Assembly (NCBI GenBank): GCA_017484205.1
Contig: JAFUTO010000002.1
Location: 16,334-80,333, forward strand
DNA length: 64,000 nucleotides
From: Bacilli bacterium
GTDB taxonomy: Bacteria; Bacillota_I; Bacilli_A; RF39; UBA660
Reading direction: 5' to 3'
Shown: positions 9,587 through 17,786 of the stretch, piece by piece
Layout of the letters: every line of letters starts with the position of its first letter
Position numbering within the stretch: the first letter of the stretch is position 1
Made by a program: the position numbers and the translations under genes
The notes under the pieces: generated by a model
What the model saw: the letters and a program-made list of their open reading frames with translations, nothing else
Told to the model about the DNA's origin: nothing
Database searches by the model: none

Positions 9587-10666
9587 ATGAAAAAAATATT
9601 AATAACTTGTTTGGATTTACATTACAATAAAATTAATAATGCAATGTTAGAATTTATTAACTGTATCGATTTAACTAAAAATGAAGTCGATTTAATAGCT
9701 ATGGAAACAGGAGAACTGCTATTACAATTAGATAAGCGAATTAATGTTACGTACTATAGAGATTATATGTTAATGCCAAGTAAGTTTTTATATAATTTAA
9801 AAAAGAAATATATAGTTGATGATTTATATAATCAACAAAGATTTGCGTTTAAAAAAGAGTACGATATTGCTATCTCATACTATGGTCATAATAACTATGT
9901 TGATATGATATCTGCGTCAGTTAAAGCTAAGAAGAAAATAATATGGGTACATAATACTATAGGCGAGGTATCAAATTATTATAGAAAGAAACTAATTAAA
10001 AAATATAAATATTTTGATAATATAGTTTTTACTACTAAGAATAACATGAATATATTCAACAACGCATTACCTTGCTATAAAGACAAGACTATATGTATCA
10101 ATAATGTTATAGATGGTAATAAAGTAATTAATTCTTCTAAAGAGAATACTACAATTAAATTAAGTCAAGATTACAATATTATAAATATATCTAATTTGAA
10201 CAAAGAAAATAATATTGATAAATTAATAGATATTCAAAAATATTTATTTTCTAAAGGAAAGAATGTAAAAATATATGTAATTGGTGATGGAAGTTTATCA
10301 TATGAAATAGCTGAAAAAATGAGAAAAAATAATTTAACTGATTCATTTATAATGTTGGGAATGCAAAAAAATCCATATAATATATTAAAACAAGCTAATT
10401 TATATATAGATGTATCATCTTCTGATAAATTCAATATAACTTTATTAGAATCAGTCGTATTAGATGTTCCATTTATTGCTAATGAAACTGTTGTTAATAA
10501 AGAAATATTATCTATAATACCTAAGAATGGTGGTAAGGTATGCAATATAGAAAATATGGGGAATGAAATTATAAAGCAAATGAAAACATATCAAGATCAT
10601 ATCCCATTTGATTATAAAAAATATGAAGATGATATTATAGAAAAAATAAATAAATTATTAAAATAA
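9587..10666 (+). CDS. Glycosyltransferase, GT4/GT1-like
   Basis: C-terminal half matches the GT1/GT4 pattern (IYVIGDGSL...EIAEKMRK..L.D.FIMLGMQKNPYNILKQANLYIDVSSSDKFNITLLESVVLDVPFIANE); start chosen at MKKILIT (RBS aggtgg) rather than the ORF-track ATG at 9527, which overlaps the upstream gene. Confidence 0.55.
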   Translation: MKKILITCLDLHYNKINNAMLEFINCIDLTKNEVDLIAMETGELLLQLDKRINVTYYRDYMLMPSKFLYNLKKKYIVDDLYNQQRFAFKKEYDIAISYYGHNNYVDMISASVKAKKKIIWVHNTIGEVSNYYRKKLIKKYKYFDNIVFTTKNNMNIFNNALPCYKDKTICINNVIDGNKVINSSKENTTIKLSQDYNIINISNLNKENNIDKLIDIQKYLFSKGKNVKIYVIGDGSLSYEIAEKMRKNNLTDSFIMLGMQKNPYNILKQANLYIDVSSSDKFNITLLESVVLDVPFIANETVVNKEILSIIPKNGGKVCNIENMGNEIIKQMKTYQDHIPFDYKKYEDDIIEKINKLLK

Positions 10667-10695
10667 AACATATAATTTAATACCATTTACATAAT

Positions 10696-10723
10696 TTGAC
10701 AAATAAAATATAAATGGTATAAT
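10696..10723 (+). promoter_or_regulatory. Strong sigma-A promoter: TTGACA, 16-nt spacer, TGgTATAAT
   Basis: ttgaca at 10696-10701; extended -10 tggtataat at 10715-10723; fires into an ORF-free GC-enriched region. Confidence 0.55.
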
Positions 10724-11270
10724 TATATTATCAATTGATGGCACATTATTCTAGTCAATTGAATTTACTATGAAGGTGGAATTAAAAAGCCACTAAAGAG
10801 CACATCTGTGAAGCTTTTGGTGCTTGCTTCTTACGCCCAGTTTGGGGTGAGTGCTGGAAGAAAGAATGCCGGGCGTCCGTAATGGCATACGAAAACGACC
10901 CTTCATTCGTGGAGACCTATCTTTGTATAACACCTATACACGTAAGTTGATGGATGTCATACGAACTAGGATTAAACCTGCTATGTGGGGAAACTTGCGA
11001 GTAGCGTAGCTTGTCTTGAGTGGACAATGGGGATAATTACTTATTTATATTATTTCTAGCTAAAATAATATAAAGGCATTATAATTTGAAACATTGTTTG
11101 CAAAAAAGAATTAATAGTAAATGTTGATGAGGAAAACTCCTAGAGTGTTAAAAATATAGGATTGCAGTGTGTACTAAGTGGTAATCAAGCCATATAGACA
11201 GCTATATTATCTTCTATAAAGGGGAACCGCTATACTGGTAACGGTATAGTAGAAGATAGAGAAATTCTGC

Positions 11271-11299
11271 TTGACCTAAGACACAAAGTTTACTATATT
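11271..11299 (+). promoter_or_regulatory. Possible internal promoter TTGACC, 17-nt spacer, TATATT
   Basis: ttgacc at 11271-11276, tatatt at 11294-11299. Confidence 0.3.
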
Positions 11300-11327
11300 A
11301 AGCCAAATTGAGATTTTTTTTGAATAT

Positions 11328-11348
11328 TAAGAGCTTATGCTCTTTTTA
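11328..11348 (+). terminator. Intrinsic terminator/attenuator immediately upstream of the RBS of 11365..11943
   Basis: aagagc-ttat-gctctt hairpin followed by ttta; lies between the candidate promoters and the ATG at 11365. Confidence 0.5.
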
Positions 11349-11364
11349 CGTTGTAGGTGATAAT

Positions 11365-11943
11365 ATGAACGATAAGGAATTTATAAAAAAGATTAAAAAA
11401 GAAGAAAAAGAACATAAAAAGAAAACTAATAAAAAGTGGATTGTTTTTGTGACTATATTATCATTAGTAATATCTATATTGTTTTCGTTATTATGTGAAA
11501 TACTTATGCCTTCAGCTAATACAATAGTTGGAATTATAGTAATGTTTTTATTTATAGGTATAGGTATAGTTTTTGACATATTAGGTGTATCTGTTACAAG
11601 TGCGGATATAAAACCTTATCATAGTATGGCAGCTAAAAAGATTAAAGGTGCTAAAGTGGCAGTTAAATTGAAACAAAATACATCTAAAGTATCATCTGTT
11701 TTTTGTGATGTTATAGGAGATATTTGTGGAATTGTATCTGGTTCTGCAGGTGTATATATAGCTTCTAAATTAGCTATATCATTAAATATTAATCCTTTAA
11801 TATCATCACTATTAATAACAGGCATTATATCAAGTATTACGATAGGTGGTAAAGCAATAGGTAAAGGATATGCTATAAATAATAGTACAATGATACTATA
11901 TGATTTTTCTAAATTCCTATCAGTATTTTATAAAATTAAATAG
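11365..11943 (+). CDS. Hypothetical integral membrane protein
   Basis: 192 aa from MNDKEF (RBS aggtga); K/E-rich N-terminus then 3-4 predicted TM helices; the ORF-track start at 11308 lacks an RBS. Confidence 0.55.
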   Translation: MNDKEFIKKIKKEEKEHKKKTNKKWIVFVTILSLVISILFSLLCEILMPSANTIVGIIVMFLFIGIGIVFDILGVSVTSADIKPYHSMAAKKIKGAKVAVKLKQNTSKVSSVFCDVIGDICGIVSGSAGVYIASKLAISLNINPLISSLLITGIISSITIGGKAIGKGYAINNSTMILYDFSKFLSVFYKIK

Positions 11944-12037
11944 TTTATAATTAGTTTACACTTATAAACTATTTTTTTATTGCAAAAGTTGAAAGTGCAA
12001 TTCTCAATATGCTATAATGATATTGGTGATAATAGAA

Positions 12038-13252
12038 ATGGACAAGAGACTAAAAGCAGTATTAGATAAAGAACTATATAGAGAGCAACATAATATTGAG
12101 TTAATTGCTTCTGAGAATTTTGTTTCAAAAGATATTATGGAATTACAAGGTAGTATCCTTACAAATAAATATGCAGAAGGATATCCACATAAAAGGTATT
12201 ATGGTGGATGTGAAAATGTAGATGTAGCAGAGGAATTAGCTATAGAGTATGTATGCAAGCTATTTAATGCAAAATATGCGAATGTACAACCACATAGTGG
12301 TTCTAGCGCTAATATGGCAGTATATAAAGCATTATTAAATCCTGGTGATAAAATAATGGGTTTAGACTTAGATCAAGGTGGACATCTAACACATGGATAT
12401 AAAGTTAGTTTTAGTGGTAAAGATTATGTAAGTGTTAGTTATGGATTAAATAAGGATACAGAATTAATTGACTATGATGAAGTAGAAAGAATTGCTATAT
12501 TAGAAAAACCAAAACTAATTGTAGCAGGTGCTTCAGCATATTCAAGAATAATTGATTTTAAAAGATTTAGAAGTATTGCAGATAAAGTAGGGGCATATTT
12601 GATGGTTGATATGGCACATATTGCAGGGTTAGTAGCCACAGGACTTCATCCTTCTCCAGTAGAATATGCTGATGTTGTTACATCAACTACACATAAGACA
12701 TTAAGAGGCCCAAGAGGTGGATTTATCTTAACAAATGATGAAGATATAATTAAAAAAATAAATAAAACTGTATTCCCTGGTATACAAGGAGGACCTTTAA
12801 TGCATGTTATAGCTGCTAAGGCTGAATGTTTCTATGAGGCATTAGATCCAAATTTTAAAACATACGGAGAACAAGTTATTAAAAATATAAAAGCAATGTC
12901 TGATACTTTTATAGAAAATGGGTATCATGTAGTATCAAATGGTACAGATAATCATTTAATTTTACTAGATGTTAAATCTAAATTAAATATAAGTGGTGCA
13001 GAAGCAGAAGAAAAATTAGGTAGAATAAATATAACTGTTAATAAAAATAAGATTCCAAACGATACATTAGGTGCAAAAGATGCTTCTGGAATAAGAATTG
13101 GTAGTCCAGCAATGACTACAAGAGGTTTGAAAGAAAAAGATTTTATAGAAATAGCTAAAATAATTATTGATGCATTAGAAAATAATGAAAGTGAACAAAA
13201 ATTAATAGAAAGGGTAGAAAAAATAGTAATGGAATATCCATTATATGAGTAA
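12038..13252 (+). CDS. glyA: Serine hydroxymethyltransferase
   Basis: [41 protein letters not shown] (PLP-lysine region) motifs; start at MDKRLKAV with RBS ggtga. Confidence 0.93.
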   Translation: MDKRLKAVLDKELYREQHNIELIASENFVSKDIMELQGSILTNKYAEGYPHKRYYGGCENVDVAEELAIEYVCKLFNAKYANVQPHSGSSANMAVYKALLNPGDKIMGLDLDQGGHLTHGYKVSFSGKDYVSVSYGLNKDTELIDYDEVERIAILEKPKLIVAGASAYSRIIDFKRFRSIADKVGAYLMVDMAHIAGLVATGLHPSPVEYADVVTSTTHKTLRGPRGGFILTNDEDIIKKINKTVFPGIQGGPLMHVIAAKAECFYEALDPNFKTYGEQVIKNIKAMSDTFIENGYHVVSNGTDNHLILLDVKSKLNISGAEAEEKLGRINITVNKNKIPNDTLGAKDASGIRIGSPAMTTRGLKEKDFIEIAKIIIDALENNESEQKLIERVEKIVMEYPLYE

Positions 13253-13261
13253 AGTGGTGTT

Positions 13262-14107
13262 ATGGGAAAATTAATAGATGGTAAAGAGTTAAGTTCAAAA
13301 ATTAAAGAAGAAATTAAAAATGAAGTCAAAGGTTTTATGATTAAACCTTGCTTAGCAGTAATACAAATTGGCGATGATGAAGCAAGTAATGTATATGTAG
13401 GCGCTAAAGAAAAAGCATGTAATGAGGTAGGCATTTATTTTAAACATTTAAAATATGATGTTAATGTTTTAGAAAAAGAAATAATTAATAAAATAATAGA
13501 ATTAAATAATGATGAATATGTTAATGGTATATTATTACAATTACCTATACCTAGTAATTTAAATGAACAACGTATAATTAATCATATAACAAGTGGTAAA
13601 GATGTTGATGGATTAAATGATATTAATGTTGGTAGATTAAATAATAATAAAGAAGGTATGATTCCATGTACAGCAGCAGGTATAATTAGGCTATTAGAAG
13701 AATATGAAGTACCTATGGAAGGTAAAAATGTTGTAATAGTAGGTAGAAGTAAATTAGTAGGTAAACCATTAATAAGTTTATTTTTAAAGAAAGATGCGAC
13801 AGTTACAGTATGTCATTCTAAAACTGAAAATTTAAGTGATATAACAAAAACAGCAGATATTTTAGTAGTAGCTACTGGTAGTAAGTGGTTAATTGGCAAA
13901 AATGATATCAAAGAAGATGCTGTAGTTATTGATGTTGGAGTTAGTAGAGTGGATGGAAAAATATATGGTGATGTAAATACTGATGAAGTTAAAAAAGTTG
14001 CATCACTTATAACTCCTTCAGTAGGTGGAGTAGGACCAATGACAGTTGCAATGTTACTTTCTAATGTTATCAAAAGTTATCACAAGATGAATAAAACAAC
14101 TAATTAA
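13262..14107 (+). CDS. folD: Bifunctional methylenetetrahydrofolate dehydrogenase/cyclohydrolase
   Basis: 281 aa; typical FolD N-terminus (IDGK..S..IK) and NAD(P)-binding VVIVGRSKLVGKP motif; adjacent to glyA. Confidence 0.9.
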   Translation: MGKLIDGKELSSKIKEEIKNEVKGFMIKPCLAVIQIGDDEASNVYVGAKEKACNEVGIYFKHLKYDVNVLEKEIINKIIELNNDEYVNGILLQLPIPSNLNEQRIINHITSGKDVDGLNDINVGRLNNNKEGMIPCTAAGIIRLLEEYEVPMEGKNVVIVGRSKLVGKPLISLFLKKDATVTVCHSKTENLSDITKTADILVVATGSKWLIGKNDIKEDAVVIDVGVSRVDGKIYGDVNTDEVKKVASLITPSVGGVGPMTVAMLLSNVIKSYHKMNKTTN

Positions 14108-14198
14108 TTATAAAACAAATTATTAAATTTTGTTTTTAATGCTATTTAGGTATTGTCAAAAATGCATATTTATGATATTATTAATATGCATTTGAAAT

Positions 14199-14275
14199 GG
14201 CGAGATAGCTCAGTTGGCTAGAGCATCTGGTTCATACCCAGCAGGTCGGGAGTTCAAATCTCTCTCTCGCTACCA
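14199..14275 (+). tRNA. tRNA-Met (anticodon CAU)
   Basis: Hand-folded cloverleaf: acceptor GGCGAGA/TCTCGCT, D-arm GCTC..GAGC, anticodon loop TTCATAC, T-arm GGGAG-TTCAAAT-CTCTC, encoded CCA. Confidence 0.85.
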
Positions 14276-14311
14276 ATATGAAAATAACTCGAACTTAATT
14301 GTTCGAGTTTT
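14275..14311. repeat. 37-bp perfect direct repeat, copy A (aatatgaaaataactcgaacttaattgttcgagtttt), abutting the tRNA-Met 3' end; contains a bidirectional terminator hairpin
   Basis: Identical 37-mer recurs at 14952-14988; hairpin aactcgaac/gttcgagtt followed by a T-run. Confidence 0.8.
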
Positions 14312-14335
14312 ATTTTGTTAAAATTAATATTTTCT

Positions 14336-14785
14336 TTATTGTTTTAAAGACTTTCTCTTTATATTTACTTCTTGACTAGTTTTTAATTCTTCAAAACTAT
14401 CACCAAATATTGTATTTCCTATTACATTTCCTATTGGTTTTTGGTTTGATCTTAATTCTAAGAAAGCTATAAGTGATTCGTATTCATCAGCTTGATTAGA
14501 ATAATCAACTAAACAATCATGACAATTTGCAAAATTATGACATCTTTCATTAAAACCACTATCACCAGGTGCGCAAAGTCCAAAATCTTCCCATTCTTCT
14601 ACCATTTCTTGGGGCGTTATTTTACCTCTTTCATGAATATTATTTATTTGTTCTTTAGTTAGTGGCTTAAATTCAGGCTTAACATAATCTTCTTCATTAT
14701 AGTTTTTTTGATTCATTTCTTTTTTTAACCATTCTTTTAAAAAATCTTTTTCTTTAATTCTTTCCTCTGATTCTTTTAGTTCCAT
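14336..14785 (-). CDS. Hypothetical Cys/His-rich small protein (CAPGDSGFNERCHNFANCHDC motif)
   Basis: 149 aa; good RBS (ggagg) upstream on the minus strand; acidic, with C-x9-C-H-x4-C-H-x-C cluster. Confidence 0.5.
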   Translation of the reverse strand: MELKESEERIKEKDFLKEWLKKEMNQKNYNEEDYVKPEFKPLTKEQINNIHERGKITPQEMVEEWEDFGLCAPGDSGFNERCHNFANCHDCLVDYSNQADEYESLIAFLELRSNQKPIGNVIGNTIFGDSFEELKTSQEVNIKRKSLKQ

Positions 14786-14951
14786 AAATTATTTCCTCCA
14801 ATTTTCTCAAGTATACCATATGTAATATTCTTTTTCAATGAATTGGTATAAAAATATATTTATTTTTCTTTGTAAATATACAATTATTATTTTAGTAATC
14901 AGTTGTTTATTAACTATTCCTAAGGTTTCGGATATACTATTTATCCGTACT

Positions 14952-14988
14952 AATATGAAAATAACTCGAACTTAATTGTTCGAGTTTT
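14952..14988. repeat. 37-bp direct repeat, copy B; also the terminator for the minus-strand lipoprotein gene
   Basis: Identical to 14275-14311; hairpin 14963-14986 flanked by A/T runs on both sides. Confidence 0.8.
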
Positions 14989-14999
14989 TTACTAAAAAT

Positions 15000-15893
15000 T
15001 TATCTAGATAACTTCTTAACTTTTATAGTATCTATATTGTTAATCATATTATTATATAATTCCATATTACTGTTTTCTACTTCTATTAAATACTTATTCA
15101 ATAAATCATCTTGTTCTATTAAGAATGAATCTACATCGCTACAATATGAATCCATTAATTTAATTAGAGTAGCATTTTCATCATCGGTTAAAATCATTTT
15201 AGCTTCACCATATTCAGTAGATAATTCTAAATTATTATTAACATCTGTGTTTATAATAAAGTGTTTATCATAATCTATCCAATACACTAATCCTCTAGTT
15301 GATTCTTTATCTTTATAATAAGTTTTATAATATTTATAACCTTTTGAGTCTGGAAGATATCTTTGATAGCTAATATGTAAACTATCTCCAATTACATCAA
15401 CATTAAAATCAACATCATCATTATATTTTCCGTATATTGAAAAAAGTTTACCATTTAACTTATAAAATAGATTTAAACTTTTATCATCTAAATTATATAG
15501 TTTTAAATGCTTGTATCCATCATTGTTGCTAAACACTGTTTCATCTGATACATATATATCATCGCCTAAATATTCGGTTATAGTATTAGATAAATAATTA
15601 GTATATGCTTTTTTATATGGTGTGAGTGTATTAATGTTAATTTCTTTACTAAATAATTCATCTATATTTACTTTATAGGCATCAATGTTTTGGTCATAAG
15701 TAGTAAAAGCATCTAATTTATTTTCTACTTTTTCTTCCGAATTATCTTCTTCTTGATTATAGATGGATATTTTAATATCTCTATTATCTTGTCCATTTCC
15801 GTCAAAAAAATTACTACCACAACCAGTTAAATAACTAGCAAGTAATATTGCAGAAGAAGATTTATATAATTTTCTTTTTAGTTCGTTGTTCAT
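15000..15893 (-). CDS. Hypothetical lipoprotein
   Basis: Lipobox LTGC after a hydrophobic signal region; start chosen at MNNELK (RBS aaggtgg). Confidence 0.55.
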   Translation of the reverse strand: MNNELKRKLYKSSSAILLASYLTGCGSNFFDGNGQDNRDIKISIYNQEEDNSEEKVENKLDAFTTYDQNIDAYKVNIDELFSKEININTLTPYKKAYTNYLSNTITEYLGDDIYVSDETVFSNNDGYKHLKLYNLDDKSLNLFYKLNGKLFSIYGKYNDDVDFNVDVIGDSLHISYQRYLPDSKGYKYYKTYYKDKESTRGLVYWIDYDKHFIINTDVNNNLELSTEYGEAKMILTDDENATLIKLMDSYCSDVDSFLIEQDDLLNKYLIEVENSNMELYNNMINNIDTIKVKKLSR

Positions 15894-16052
15894 AATAATA
15901 CCACCTTTTTTGAATAATACGTATTCTAACATTGAATATATGAAAAGTCAAGAAATACTATTTGTATTAATCGCTTTTTATTTACTTTTATATAGAAATA
16001 ATATATAATTAAGTATGAAAAGTATAATTTGTTATACTTTAAGGAGGTAAAA

Positions 16053-16253
16053 ATGAAAAATAAGTATGTAGGAATTGCTAAAGTAGGTGAAAAAGGTCAA
16101 ATAGTGATTCCTAAAGAAGCTAGGGATATGTTTGATATAAAACCAGGTGATTCTGTAGTAATTTTATGTGATAAAAAGAAAGGAATGGCTATTGTTAAAT
16201 CAGAAATAATCGAAGATACTATGAGTAAGATAATGCCTAAAGGTGATGAATAA
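16053..16253 (+). CDS. AbrB/MazE/SpoVT-family DNA-binding protein
   Basis: 66 aa; VGEKGQIVIPKEARDMFDIKPGDSV swapped-hairpin motif; RBS ggaggt. Confidence 0.6.
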   Translation: MKNKYVGIAKVGEKGQIVIPKEARDMFDIKPGDSVVILCDKKKGMAIVKSEIIEDTMSKIMPKGDE

Positions 16254-16975
16254 TGAACGCAATTGAGGTAAATAAATTAACAAAAAAATATAAAGATAAA
16301 ATCGCAGTAAATGGTATAGATTTACAAATAAAGCAAGGTGAATTATTTGCTTTGCTTGGTACTAATGGTGCAGGTAAAACAACAACAATCAAAATGTTAT
16401 CAGGGTTAATATTGCCTACATCTGGTGATATTATGATCAATAAAATGGATATGAAAAAAGATACTTTTAAGATTAAAGAAATTTTAAATGTATCGCCACA
16501 AGAAACAGCAATCGCACCTAATTTAACTGTCAAAGAAAATTTGGAGTTTATGGCAGGAGTATATCAAATAGAAAATAAAAACAAAAAGATAGATGAATTA
16601 ATTAAACTATTCAAATTGGAAGAGGTAATAAACAAAAAAACTAAAACATTATCAGGTGGATGGCAAAGAAAAGTATCAATCGCGGCAAGTTTAATTAATG
16701 ATCCTAAGATATTATTTTTAGATGAGCCAACATTAGGACTGGATGTAATTGCAAGAAAAGAACTTTGGAAAGTAATTGAAGGGTTAAAGGGTAAAATAAC
16801 TATTATATTAACTACTCATTATATGGAAGAAGCAGAAAGCTTATCCGATAGAATAGGTATTATGGTTAATGGTAATTTAGTAGATATTGGTACATCTAAA
16901 GAACTAATAAAGAAAACAAAAGCTAAAAATTTTGAAGATGCCTTTGTTAATATTGCTACTGGGGGTGAACTATAA
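16253..16975 (+). CDS. ABC transporter ATP-binding protein
   Basis: Walker A GTNGAGKTT, signature LSGGWQRK, Walker B ILFLDEPT; start overlaps the upstream stop (TAATG). Confidence 0.85.
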   Translation: MNAIEVNKLTKKYKDKIAVNGIDLQIKQGELFALLGTNGAGKTTTIKMLSGLILPTSGDIMINKMDMKKDTFKIKEILNVSPQETAIAPNLTVKENLEFMAGVYQIENKNKKIDELIKLFKLEEVINKKTKTLSGGWQRKVSIAASLINDPKILFLDEPTLGLDVIARKELWKVIEGLKGKITIILTTHYMEEAESLSDRIGIMVNGNLVDIGTSKELIKKTKAKNFEDAFVNIATGGEL

Positions 16976-17709
16976 TGAGAATGTTAAATTTTGCAAAAAG
17001 AAATTTTAAAGAATTAATAAGGGATCCGCTTAGTTTAGTATTTGAAATAGTATTGCCATTATTTTTACTATTCATATTCAAGCAAATAAATATACCAGGT
17101 GATACATATAAACTAGAAAACTTTACTCCAGGTATAATTATTTTTGGATTTTCATTTATTACTTTATTTACTGCAACATTAATAGCTAAAGATAGAAGTT
17201 CATCTCTACTTATAAGACTAGGGACATCACCAATGAAATCATCTGATTATATACTTGGTTATATATTATCTTTAATGCCGATTATTATTATTCAAGATAT
17301 ATTATTTTTTGTAGTTGCCATATTACTTGGATTAAGTTTTAGTGTTAATATTGTATATACTATTTTAATATCACTAATTATATCAATATTATTTATAGGA
17401 CTAGGTATTTTAATCGGTAGTTTAGTAAGTGAAAAAGCAACTGGTGGTATCGGTAGTATTATAGTTCAACTTGTTTGTTTTACAAGTGGTATGTATTTTT
17501 CAAAAGATTTAATTGGTAAAGGTTTTGCAAAAGTATGTGAATTTTTACCATTTGAAAGCTCATTAAATATAATTAAAGGTATATTAAATAATAATTTTGA
17601 TATTATAAGCACGAGAAATATTGTTGTCTTTTCAATATATACAGTATTAGTACTAATAATTTCAGTTATAGTATTTAAGAAAAAAATGGTAAGTGATAAT
17701 AAAAATTAA
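16975..17709 (+). CDS. ABC-2 family transporter permease
   Basis: 244 aa, six predicted TM helices; translationally coupled (TAATG) to the ATPase gene. Confidence 0.7.
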   Translation: MRMLNFAKRNFKELIRDPLSLVFEIVLPLFLLFIFKQINIPGDTYKLENFTPGIIIFGFSFITLFTATLIAKDRSSSLLIRLGTSPMKSSDYILGYILSLMPIIIIQDILFFVVAILLGLSFSVNIVYTILISLIISILFIGLGILIGSLVSEKATGGIGSIIVQLVCFTSGMYFSKDLIGKGFAKVCEFLPFESSLNIIKGILNNNFDIISTRNIVVFSIYTVLVLIISVIVFKKKMVSDNKN

Positions 17710-17715
17710 AGTATG

Positions 17716-17745
17716 AAAACTCACTAAGTGAGTTTTTTATTATTT
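17716..17745 (+). terminator. Rho-independent terminator
   Basis: aaactcact-aa-gtgagttt hairpin followed by a T-run. Confidence 0.7.
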
Positions 17746-17786
17746 TTTAAACTATTTATGATATAATTTAAATAGGAAGTGGTCTT

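Larger units (their letters stand above)
10731..11348 (+). ncRNA. Candidate structured non-coding RNA / long regulatory leader (family not recognised)
   Basis: ~620 nt with no ORF >60 aa on either strand; local GC ~45-50% at 10790-11040 versus ~28% genome-wide; own promoter upstream; multiple internal inverted repeats (e.g. ctatac..gtatag at 11230-11250); ends at an intrinsic terminator at 11328-11348. Confidence 0.3.

Noticed and set aside
11221-11236. AAAGGGGAACCGCTA, resembling the T-box antiterminator motif AGGGUGGNACCGCG
   Set aside because: Several mismatches to a normally near-invariant motif, no specifier-loop/Stem-I features, and no terminator T-run positioned appropriately.
11308-11364. 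ORF-track start at 11308 (MRFFLNIKSL...) for the membrane protein
   Set aside because: It would begin inside the terminator hairpin with no RBS. The ATG at 11365 has an aggtga RBS.
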